Source: an uncultured Candidatus Neoarthromitus sp.
Lineage (GTDB): Bacteria > Bacillota > Clostridia > Clostridiales > Clostridiaceae
Assembly (NCBI GenBank): GCA_937890765.1
Contig: CALADQ010000007.1
Span: forward strand, 125,880 to 157,879
Reading direction: 5' to 3'
Length of the DNA: 32,000 nt
Under the pieces are notes generated by a model. The model searched no databases, had not been told where the DNA came from, and saw only the letters and a program-made list of their open reading frames with translations. A program made the position numbers and the translations under genes. Of the stretch, positions 16,777 to 24,755 are shown one piece after another; position 1 is the stretch's first letter, and every line of letters starts with the position of its first letter.

Positions 16777-19700
16777 ATGTCATTGTTTAATTATAATAAA
16801 CAATTTTTAAAAAGATTTTTAGCCAGATTATTATTGATTTGTTTTTTCATAGACATAGTCCCATTGCCTAAAAATATAAACAAAATTTTGAATAATAAAT
16901 TTGACGCTAAAGCTTTTGCTAGTCAAAGTGAAGCAATTTCTCCAGGATATGTTATAAGATCAGAGGAGGGAGGAATAACATTTGACTTAAGCAACAGACT
17001 TACTGAGAACATGACAGTTGAATCCCTAAGTTTTAAAAATACAGATCCATCAAAGCGTAGTCAAGATAGACCAGAAACAAAATTTAACGGTCAAAATCAT
17101 AAATGGTTTTCAAATGACGCTTTGTTTAACGGAGACATATACGAAATCGAAACTGTTATTTATGATGCTGAATCAAAAAAATCTTTAAAATTTATAAATT
17201 CTTTTAAGTACAATGACACTAATGAAAAATTTAAACCAATTATAAGATTTATAAATTCTAGTGAAAGTGCAGATCGTTTTATTAATAATGATGTTGAAGT
17301 TGATTTTTCGGGTTGTTCTGAAATATTAGGCAAATACAATGATTTTAAAATAGATATTTTAAATTCTGACTATACACCAATAGGAATTGAAACCTTAGAT
17401 ATAAGTTTAACAAATTTAAGAAGTTTTTCATATAAAATATCTTTCGTCAATGTTTCAAAATTGTTTAAATCAAATACAGATTATATAATTAGGGTTAATG
17501 CTGAAGGGAATATGTTTGAATATTTATTTTCAGCTACCATAAAAAAAGATAAGAGCATAAAAAAAATGTTTGACCCATCTGATATTGCTTGTGTTTTTGA
17601 TCCTGTTTTTAGAAAACTTAGATTATATATGGATGATTTTAAATTGTTCAATCATCCGGATCTTCCAATGGAAATAGTTTTACAAGATGCTAATGAACGT
17701 TTAAGACCTTCGATAACTCAAATTATGTATAATGAAGGATTTATTTCTTTAGATGTACCAGATGAATATTTTGGATTAAAGCAACCTTCAAATGTAACAT
17801 TGAGATATATGAATTCATTAGGAGAAGCTTCTGAAATTACTTCTTTTCAAATAAGTTTTCCATACACGGATAATATGGCTACTAATTTTATTTGGTTAGG
17901 TTTAGAGACAAAGGAAATAGAAGTAAAGGATGGATATCAATTTACCGAAGTTAAGCTAACTGATAATTCTGAAGGATATAGAATACCACATTCATGGGAT
18001 AATCTACCTAAGGTTCATTATGTTACGATGTATGATCATACAAAAACAAAGCAAATAGGTGGGGAACTTAGAGTAGAAGTTATTAATTCAAAATATGATT
18101 TTTTAGAAAAAAATCATGAAGTTTCAGGTGCAGATTTTAAAATTAGATATCATGATATGGCTCAAGGTATAAATACATGTTATTTTAAGGTCCAATCTAG
18201 CAGTAATCTCCAAGAGTGGAGAGAAGCTTATTTACCAGTTACTTTTTATGCAGATATAATTCAATTTAGTTTTTTAGAAGTAGATATGGATGAGTTAGTG
18301 GTTTCTAAACAAGGAGCAAATTTATATAATTTTAGATTAACTCCTAAGGGAGTAGAATTTAAATCTGGAGATATTATGTCAGTTATTGATGATGAAGGTA
18401 ACGAGCATAAAGCAAAAACAGTAAATGGAAAAAATTTTTCATTTACTAATGTACCTGTTTTGATGGGTGGTAAATATTTAGTAACTTTAAATAGTGCTAC
18501 TGGGTTAATTTATTTTAATTCTGTAGATTCGTCAATATTGTTTAATCCTTCAATAATAGCTACAAATATAGATAATCAAGAGGCTATCGATATTAAGTTT
18601 GATAATAAACTTTCAGCATTATTAAATTCTACATCTTCTAATAATAATGTGAAAATATTACATGAAAATGGTAATTCAACCGAAAATAATTTTTCGAATA
18701 TAGTGAGTGGTTCAAATAAATTTAAGTTGAATAAAGGACTTGTAAAAGGTGAAAGATATATTTTAGAATTTAATAATGGTTCTCACATATTTAAAACAAC
18801 TTTTGAATATGCTCCGCTCAGGGTTTCTTTAGATAAAGCGACGGGCACAACTGCTAAGTTAGCTTGGGAATATCCAAGTAATTATTTAATTATGGAGGGA
18901 GATATTTTAAATATATACTTTAAAAAAGATGGATATAGTTATCAAGCTGTTCCAGATGCTAAAATTGTTCATGGTTTTCAAGAGATAGATTTTGATAAAG
19001 TAAGAACATATACAATAAAGAATTTGAGTCCAAATATAAATTATACAGCTAAACTTGAACTTATAACCAGTACGGGACTTACATTCTCAAGCGAAGTTGA
19101 ATTTGTAACTAGTGATTTTAAAATTTTAAATGAAACTATTGATGGATTATCAGAAGAAGGTTCAATAAATAAAAAAAATATCGATATAACTTGGGATATA
19201 AATCAAGCTGATATGGAATTTTCTCAGGGGGATAGGATAGATATTTTCCTAAAATTGAAATCTCACGATGTTTTTCCAAGAACTCCAGTTCATGTAATAA
19301 ATGAAGATTTAAATAGAATAAGGAGAGCAAGCATAGAAGTTCCCAATTTTGAAGAATCTTATAGTCTTAAGATTGTATATAACATAGGTGGAACACGACA
19401 TTCAGGTAATGTTTTGAATTTTGATGTTAAAATGAAAGGAACGGAGATCAATGCAAGCGAAATTAAACCTTCAAGTTTCATTATCAATTGGACTTATCCA
19501 GAAGAAATGATTTTTACAGAAGGTCAAGAGTTAAGATTATTTATTAAAAAATCTAATGATCCTAGTTTTCCAAATGATCCTTCTTTTAATGCGATACAAG
19601 GAGGAGAAACGAATTTAAAAAATATCGTTAATTACAAATTTGAGAATCTAAATGAGGACACTATATATCAAGTTAAATTAGAACATAAAATCGATGAAAA

Positions 19701-22700
19701 AACCGTTGCAGGAGTAAAAGAGGAAGTTTTAAGTAGAGATCAAAAAGAAGTTAGAACGGCGAAATTCTTAATTGATGGTTTTAAAGTGATTCCTGTAGAA
19801 GGTAAAAAAATAAAATTAAAGTGGAATGTTTCAGAAAAAGATTTTTCTTATTCAGATCAAGATAAAATAGATGTTTATATAAAAGAACGTTCTCATTCTG
19901 ACTATTCTAATCAAAAGATTAATAGAAAAAAGGATTTTGATCTAAGAGAAGTAGAATTTGATTTGGATAAATATGATACTGAATATGATATAAAGGTTGC
20001 GTACACGCTTTTTGGAAAAGAAGTTTCAGGTTATACAAAGTATGTTTTGAAAATAGGTGAAGTTTTATCTAAAATAGATTCAATAGGAGATAATTCTGTT
20101 ACTATTAGTTGGACTTATCCTAAAAATTATCAATTACATGATGGAGACAGAATAGAAATAAGTTATAAAAAGAAAGATGATAATGAGTGGATAAATGGGA
20201 TTGATAATAATTCTCAAACTCAACAAGAAAATGGAAGTTATAAGCTTGTTATTCCTAATTTAGAAAAAGATCAAAATTATGAATTGAAATTTATTTTTAC
20301 ACCTAATGGTTTAGAGCCTAGAGAAACTTATTATACATTTAAAGCTACTAATAATTTTCAAATTTCTAGATTATATTTCAAGAATATAAATTCAAAATCT
20401 ATAAAATTAAATTGGGATGTTTATCCGAAAAATTATAATTTTGATTCCAAGGATAGAGTTGAGGTACTTTATAAAAAAGTAGAAGATAATTCTGAAAATG
20501 GTGACGAGACTGTTGCTGTGACTAAAAGTGAAAGTTTAAGTAAGTTTAATAATTTTACTGTAGAAGGTTTAGAGCCTGAAAAAGATTATGTTTTTAAAAT
20601 AAAATATACAATTAATAAAACATCAGATAGCAATAGTCCAATCACTGTTGAAGAAACTATAGGAGCTAGAACTGTTTTTGGTAAATTTGATTATTTTACG
20701 CTTGATACAGGAGTGAGTAGCGTTAAGTTTGAGGTTGCTTATCCAGAAAATTATGAAATAAAGGCTAATGATACATTAGATATATTTGTTAGGGATAAAA
20801 AAGAAGCTTCATATCCTTCTAAAGCTAATTTTACAGCAGTTCATGGAGAAAATGTTGAAGGATTTGGAGAAGTAGATTTAAATGAAATAAATGTATTGGA
20901 TATTTTAGGTTTATCACCTAATACTGATTATATTGCTAAGGCAGTGTTTTGGCCTGAAGGTGGAAAAGGTGTTAAAGTAGAGAAAGAAGTTAATTTTAAA
21001 ACTGGTTTAATAAACGGACTTGAAGAAGTTTTTGTTGTTAATTCAAAAGACCATTTAGTTACAGTTGGAATTAAAATGAATCCAGATGAGATAATTTATG
21101 GATCTGATGCTGTGTGTAAGTTGTATGTGAAAAAGAAAACTGATCCAGATTTTCCAAACGAGCCAAGTGGAGAAGCAAATGGAGAAATGTTAAATGAAAC
21201 AAATATAGCGGACGCATACTTTGAAGATTTAAATACCGAATATCACATAAAAGTTATATTAAGTATTGGATCTTCTGTTTACGAAAAAATAATTGATTTT
21301 AATTCAAAAGTTGATGAACTCGCAGTTGAAGTTAAAGAAATAAATCCTATGACTGCACAAATTGAATGGAAATATCCTCAAAATTATACTTTAGTAGATG
21401 GAGAAAAGGTTCAGATATTTACTAAATATAAAGATGAAGAGGCTTATTCTGATACTCCAGATTTAGAATTGGTTCAGTCTGAAGCATTGAGTTTAGCAGA
21501 TATAAATTTAATAGAGTTATCAGCGTTGATACCAGACACTGATTATGATGTTAAGGTTGATTTGAAACTTTTAGAAACAGAGTTGCCTCCGGTCACAAAA
21601 AGTTTTACAACTGAACATTTTTCAATTGAAGATTTGTCAATTAAAAGTATAAGTGAAGATGCGATTTCAATAAGTTGGTCTTTGGACACTGAAGAAATTG
21701 AATTTATGGATAATTACGATAACTTGGGAATTTTTATAAAAGGTGCTGATGATGAAGAATATGATTTTTCAGAACCTATTGTAGAATTTACGGAGGAATT
21801 AAATGAGATAAGGTCAGCTTCGTTTAATGTTGATGGAGATACTTCAAAGCTTGATATTTTAGTTTCATATTTAGTTGAAGATTATGAATCTTTTTCAGAA
21901 TTGAAATTTAGTCCTATTATTTTTGAGGCGAATGTAAAAGGAAGTAATGTTTTAATTTCTTGGGAATACCCTGAAGGTGCAGAATTTACAGACGGCGATA
22001 AATTGGATTTTTATTTGAGAACTTTTGATAATCAAAATTATCCACCAGATCCATTGATAAGGCAAGTTCATGGAGAAGATGTTGATTTAAATGAGTTGAC
22101 TGAAATAGAACTAAGCGATGTTGATCCGGGGTCTTATGTCCTTAAACTTCAATTAACAACTGATAGAGTAAATTATAGTCCAGTTGAAGCAAAGTTTGAT
22201 ATAAATAAAAAAGTTACTTCTTCAGGTGGAAGTTCTCAATCTCAAAATTCTTCTGGAAGTTCTATACCCGTCAAAGTTGTCGATAAAGTTCAAGGAAGAG
22301 GTGTAGTTTTGGATTTGGGTTCTGATTTTGAAATAGATTTTGAAGAAGAAATTGCTATTAAGCCAACAGGTTTAAAAGTTGAAGAAGGAGAAACTGAATC
22401 AGATATTGTGGTTAAGAATTTGGTGCCAGGAAAAGAATATAAATCAATTATTATTGTGGCGACAACGACAGATAACAAAAAGATAAAATTATCTACAAAA
22501 AATGTTAAGATAGAATCAGAAAATCCGCTTCAGGAATTTGTAACTAACATTTATAATTTTGCTTTTGAACGTTTTCCTGATGAAGAGGGGTATAGTTATT
22601 GGTTAGATAAACTTATTGAGAAGAAAGATATAACTGGTAAATATGTTCTTTACAATTTGATGTTTGCAGAAAGAGAATTTTCTGATAGAAATTTGCCAGA

Positions 22701-22908
22701 CGATGAACTCATAAAAGTTTTATATCAAATTGTTGTTAATAGAACTTATGATGAGGAAGGTTTGCAATTCTGGATAAAAGAATATAACGAAACGTTTTTG
22801 CCTAATGCTAATAATGATGCGTTTGAAGCACAAAAAGCAATTGTTACGAGAATGTTATACGAGCAAGAATTTAGAAATTTGTGTGATAAGTTAGGTATAT
22901 TGTGGTAA
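16777..22908 (+). CDS. Giant secreted multi-module (Fn3-like) surface protein 2 with unique N-terminal region and C-terminal DUF4214-type domain (2043 aa)
   Basis: ATG is 7 nt after the stop of gene 1, with GGTGA RBS at 16764-16768. The N-terminus has hydrophobic 'FLARLLLICFFIDIV' and a possible cleavage site 'AKAFA/SQ'. An 11-module array follows, collinear with protein 1. The C-terminus is 'FAFERFPDEEGYSYW...VVNRTYDEEGLQFW'. Confidence 0.85.
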   Translation: MSLFNYNKQFLKRFLARLLLICFFIDIVPLPKNINKILNNKFDAKAFASQSEAISPGYVIRSEEGGITFDLSNRLTENMTVESLSFKNTDPSKRSQDRPETKFNGQNHKWFSNDALFNGDIYEIETVIYDAESKKSLKFINSFKYNDTNEKFKPIIRFINSSESADRFINNDVEVDFSGCSEILGKYNDFKIDILNSDYTPIGIETLDISLTNLRSFSYKISFVNVSKLFKSNTDYIIRVNAEGNMFEYLFSATIKKDKSIKKMFDPSDIACVFDPVFRKLRLYMDDFKLFNHPDLPMEIVLQDANERLRPSITQIMYNEGFISLDVPDEYFGLKQPSNVTLRYMNSLGEASEITSFQISFPYTDNMATNFIWLGLETKEIEVKDGYQFTEVKLTDNSEGYRIPHSWDNLPKVHYVTMYDHTKTKQIGGELRVEVINSKYDFLEKNHEVSGADFKIRYHDMAQGINTCYFKVQSSSNLQEWREAYLPVTFYADIIQFSFLEVDMDELVVSKQGANLYNFRLTPKGVEFKSGDIMSVIDDEGNEHKAKTVNGKNFSFTNVPVLMGGKYLVTLNSATGLIYFNSVDSSILFNPSIIATNIDNQEAIDIKFDNKLSALLNSTSSNNNVKILHENGNSTENNFSNIVSGSNKFKLNKGLVKGERYILEFNNGSHIFKTTFEYAPLRVSLDKATGTTAKLAWEYPSNYLIMEGDILNIYFKKDGYSYQAVPDAKIVHGFQEIDFDKVRTYTIKNLSPNINYTAKLELITSTGLTFSSEVEFVTSDFKILNETIDGLSEEGSINKKNIDITWDINQADMEFSQGDRIDIFLKLKSHDVFPRTPVHVINEDLNRIRRASIEVPNFEESYSLKIVYNIGGTRHSGNVLNFDVKMKGTEINASEIKPSSFIINWTYPEEMIFTEGQELRLFIKKSNDPSFPNDPSFNAIQGGETNLKNIVNYKFENLNEDTIYQVKLEHKIDEKTVAGVKEEVLSRDQKEVRTAKFLIDGFKVIPVEGKKIKLKWNVSEKDFSYSDQDKIDVYIKERSHSDYSNQKINRKKDFDLREVEFDLDKYDTEYDIKVAYTLFGKEVSGYTKYVLKIGEVLSKIDSIGDNSVTISWTYPKNYQLHDGDRIEISYKKKDDNEWINGIDNNSQTQQENGSYKLVIPNLEKDQNYELKFIFTPNGLEPRETYYTFKATNNFQISRLYFKNINSKSIKLNWDVYPKNYNFDSKDRVEVLYKKVEDNSENGDETVAVTKSESLSKFNNFTVEGLEPEKDYVFKIKYTINKTSDSNSPITVEETIGARTVFGKFDYFTLDTGVSSVKFEVAYPENYEIKANDTLDIFVRDKKEASYPSKANFTAVHGENVEGFGEVDLNEINVLDILGLSPNTDYIAKAVFWPEGGKGVKVEKEVNFKTGLINGLEEVFVVNSKDHLVTVGIKMNPDEIIYGSDAVCKLYVKKKTDPDFPNEPSGEANGEMLNETNIADAYFEDLNTEYHIKVILSIGSSVYEKIIDFNSKVDELAVEVKEINPMTAQIEWKYPQNYTLVDGEKVQIFTKYKDEEAYSDTPDLELVQSEALSLADINLIELSALIPDTDYDVKVDLKLLETELPPVTKSFTTEHFSIEDLSIKSISEDAISISWSLDTEEIEFMDNYDNLGIFIKGADDEEYDFSEPIVEFTEELNEIRSASFNVDGDTSKLDILVSYLVEDYESFSELKFSPIIFEANVKGSNVLISWEYPEGAEFTDGDKLDFYLRTFDNQNYPPDPLIRQVHGEDVDLNELTEIELSDVDPGSYVLKLQLTTDRVNYSPVEAKFDINKKVTSSGGSSQSQNSSGSSIPVKVVDKVQGRGVVLDLGSDFEIDFEEEIAIKPTGLKVEEGETESDIVVKNLVPGKEYKSIIIVATTTDNKKIKLSTKNVKIESENPLQEFVTNIYNFAFERFPDEEGYSYWLDKLIEKKDITGKYVLYNLMFAEREFSDRNLPDDELIKVLYQIVVNRTYDEEGLQFWIKEYNETFLPNANNDAFEAQKAIVTRMLYEQEFRNLCDKLGILW
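18823..22200 (+). repeat. Protein-level tandem array: 11 Fn3-like modules of protein 2
   Basis: Units of about 102 aa are anchored by 'LAWEYPS', 'ITWDINQ', 'INWTYPE', 'LKWNVSE', 'ISWTYPK', 'LNWDVYPK', 'FEVAYPE', 'VGIKMNPD', 'IEWKYPQ', 'ISWSLDT' and 'ISWEYPE'. Boundaries are approximate. Confidence 0.6.
22525..22905 (+). other. DUF4214-type C-terminal domain of protein 2
   Basis: 'IYNFAFERFPDEEGYSYW', 'FAEREF' and 'QIVVNRTYDEEGLQFW'. By eye this is the part of the two giant genes that is most similar at nucleotide level. Confidence 0.65.
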
Positions 22909-22922
22909 AAATAAAATTTAAA

Positions 22923-22960
22923 TTTGGTCATTAGTTTTATCTAGTGGCCAAAATTTTTTT
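22923..22960 (+). terminator. Rho-independent terminator of the giant-protein operon
   Basis: 12-bp stem TTTGGTCATTAG (22923-22934) / CTAGTGGCCAAA (22941-22952) with two G-U pairs, 6-nt loop, then A + T7. Confidence 0.8.
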
Positions 22961-22986
22961 AGTTAAATAAATTTTTGTGTTATTAT
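22957..22986 (+). promoter_or_regulatory. Candidate extended -10 promoter for zapA
   Basis: TGtTATTAT at 22978-22986. There is only a weak -35-like T-rich hexamer about 17 nt upstream. Confidence 0.35.
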
Positions 22987-23028
22987 AAATAATGTATGTA
23001 TGACATAGAAACACTTTGGAGGTAGCTT

Positions 23029-23550
23029 ATGAATATTGTAACGATTAATGTAAATGGCATCGAATATAAGTTAAAGGGTGAAGAGTCTGAAGAATATTTA
23101 AGTGATATCGCGAATGAAGTCGATATTAAATTAAGAGATATGATTGGAGCAAACACAAATTTGACATTGCAATCAGCGGCGGTTTTGTTATCTATAAATT
23201 ATTGCGACCAAATACGAAAGCTTAAAGAAGAACAATATGCTTTAGATAATAGCATTGATGTTTGCAATTCCAAAATAAGAAATTTAATTGATGAAAATTC
23301 TAATCTTAAAGACAGGGTTATACATATTGAAAATGAAAATGTGCAATTTAAATCTAAAATTTCAAGTTTAGAGGAAGAAATTCAAGCTTACAACGATTTG
23401 TTGAAATCAGAAAAGCAAGATATGTTTTCTGATAGTAATGAGATGAAAGAACTTGAAAAAGAAATAGAGATTTTGAAAAATACAATACGCAAATTAAATG
23501 ATGATAATTTTAAATTGAAAAAGCAACTTAGGCACAAAAAAGATTTCTAG
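23029..23550 (+). CDS. zapA: Cell division protein ZapA with long C-terminal coiled-coil extension
   Basis: GGAGG RBS. The N-terminal roughly 75 aa, 'VTINVNGIEYKLKGEESEEYLSDIANEVDIKLRDM...LQSAAVLLSINYCDQIRKLKEE', follows the ZapA pattern. The remaining roughly 100 aa are heptad-rich. Confidence 0.75.
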   Translation: MNIVTINVNGIEYKLKGEESEEYLSDIANEVDIKLRDMIGANTNLTLQSAAVLLSINYCDQIRKLKEEQYALDNSIDVCNSKIRNLIDENSNLKDRVIHIENENVQFKSKISSLEEEIQAYNDLLKSEKQDMFSDSNEMKELEKEIEILKNTIRKLNDDNFKLKKQLRHKKDF

Positions 23551-23640
23551 CATTTTGTTTAATTTATTTTTGAAATTTGGAAATGTTTATAATAAAGATG
23601 TGCTTTTTGAAATACAAAAAAATTTTTCGGTAATCACACA

Positions 23641-23677
23641 GGAGTATGTATTCTTAAATCATACTCCATATTTTTTT
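23641..23677 (+). terminator. Rho-independent terminator downstream of zapA
   Basis: GGAGTATG (23641-23648) / CATACTCC (23660-23667), 11-nt loop, then ATA + T7. Confidence 0.65.
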
Positions 23678-23680
23678 CAG

Positions 23681-24583
23681 TTACAAATTTAAATTAGTAA
23701 ATGTTATTAGTATTTGAGTATTCTTTATTTTTTTGTTTACTATTTCCTTAATCCTTATTCTAATCAAATCAAACTCATCAACTGAAAAATTTCCGTCAAC
23801 TCCTAATGTAATATAAATTTCTGTAAATTTCCCAAGCCTTGAAATAAATATATCATGAATATCTAGATATGGAAGTTCAGTAATAAGAGACGCTTTAAGA
23901 TCTTTTTCAGATTTGTGGTTTAGGCGTTTATAAGACAATATATTTATTTGATTTATTAAAAGTTGTAGTGGTTGAATTGCAAAAAATCCTGATAGAAGCA
24001 ACAATAAAATTGCATCTGATATAGGAAGAAGTGGTTTTAAAATTGGAATTGTTTTAAATAACACAAATGCAATTGCCGTTCCCGCACTTATAATTCCATC
24101 GAGATTTGCACCCATTGCCTCAGCTTTCAAAACGTCAGAGCAATTTCCTATTTTTTTGTTGAAAAATTTATAAAGTATGGACAACCCAAAACATAAAATT
24201 GTCATTATTATACCGTTTATAATTATTGCTCCAAGATGTATTTCAGGAACTAATTCAGGTGTGTTTAAAAATTTTAATATGGTATCTATCCCAGAAAAAA
24301 TAGATGCGAGCAAAAGAATTATTATAAGAATTGATCTAAAAAGTACATACAATGTTTCTTTGCTGTACGGCCCCAATGGATATTGTTTAACGCTTGAAGT
24401 CGATAATCCTTTAGAAATTTTTACAGCTACTATCGTCGATATAAATTGTATAAATGAAAATAATCCATCAATTAATACTGCTTTCGAATTAGAAAACATA
24501 AAAACAATAACTCCAGAAATTGACATCGTAAGGTTTAAAATGTTTCCTATCTTAAGTGCTCTTTGCTCAATTAATAAATCCAT
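23681..24583 (-). CDS. Cation diffusion facilitator (CDF) family transporter, divergent
   Basis: 'EQRALKIGNILNL...SNSKAVLIDGLFSF' has a typical CDF N-terminus/TM2 layout. There are six hydrophobic segments. The C-terminal cytoplasmic domain pattern is 'YLDIHDIFISRLGKFTEIYITLGVDGNFSVDEFDLI'. Confidence 0.7.
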   Translation of the reverse strand: MDLLIEQRALKIGNILNLTMSISGVIVFMFSNSKAVLIDGLFSFIQFISTIVAVKISKGLSTSSVKQYPLGPYSKETLYVLFRSILIIILLLASIFSGIDTILKFLNTPELVPEIHLGAIIINGIIMTILCFGLSILYKFFNKKIGNCSDVLKAEAMGANLDGIISAGTAIAFVLFKTIPILKPLLPISDAILLLLLSGFFAIQPLQLLINQINILSYKRLNHKSEKDLKASLITELPYLDIHDIFISRLGKFTEIYITLGVDGNFSVDEFDLIRIRIKEIVNKKIKNTQILITFTNLNL

Positions 24584-24643
24584 TATATCACCTTAATTTT
24601 TTAGAGAAATATTTTACGACGTAATACAATTCTAGCACATAAA

Positions 24644-24670
24644 ATTATAATCTTCAAAAATAAACGTCAA
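24644..24670 (-). promoter_or_regulatory. Candidate sigma-A promoter for the CDF gene
   Basis: On the minus strand: TTGACG (complement of 24665-24670), 15-nt spacer (short), perfect TATAAT (complement of 24644-24649). The leader contains the palindrome TTACGaCGTAA at 24614-24624. Confidence 0.4.
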
Positions 24671-24755
24671 AATTTGTACTTAATCATAAATTTTTGTGAT
24701 AAAATATTTTGAAATTAGGGATTAAAAAAATAATTTTAGGGGGAGAAAATTTTAA

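Noticed and set aside
12183-22908. Giant-gene region as a horizontally acquired island
   Set aside because: Apart from the 14172-14580 linker, composition and RBS usage look the same as the flanking housekeeping genes. There are no flanking direct repeats, tRNA or mobility genes.
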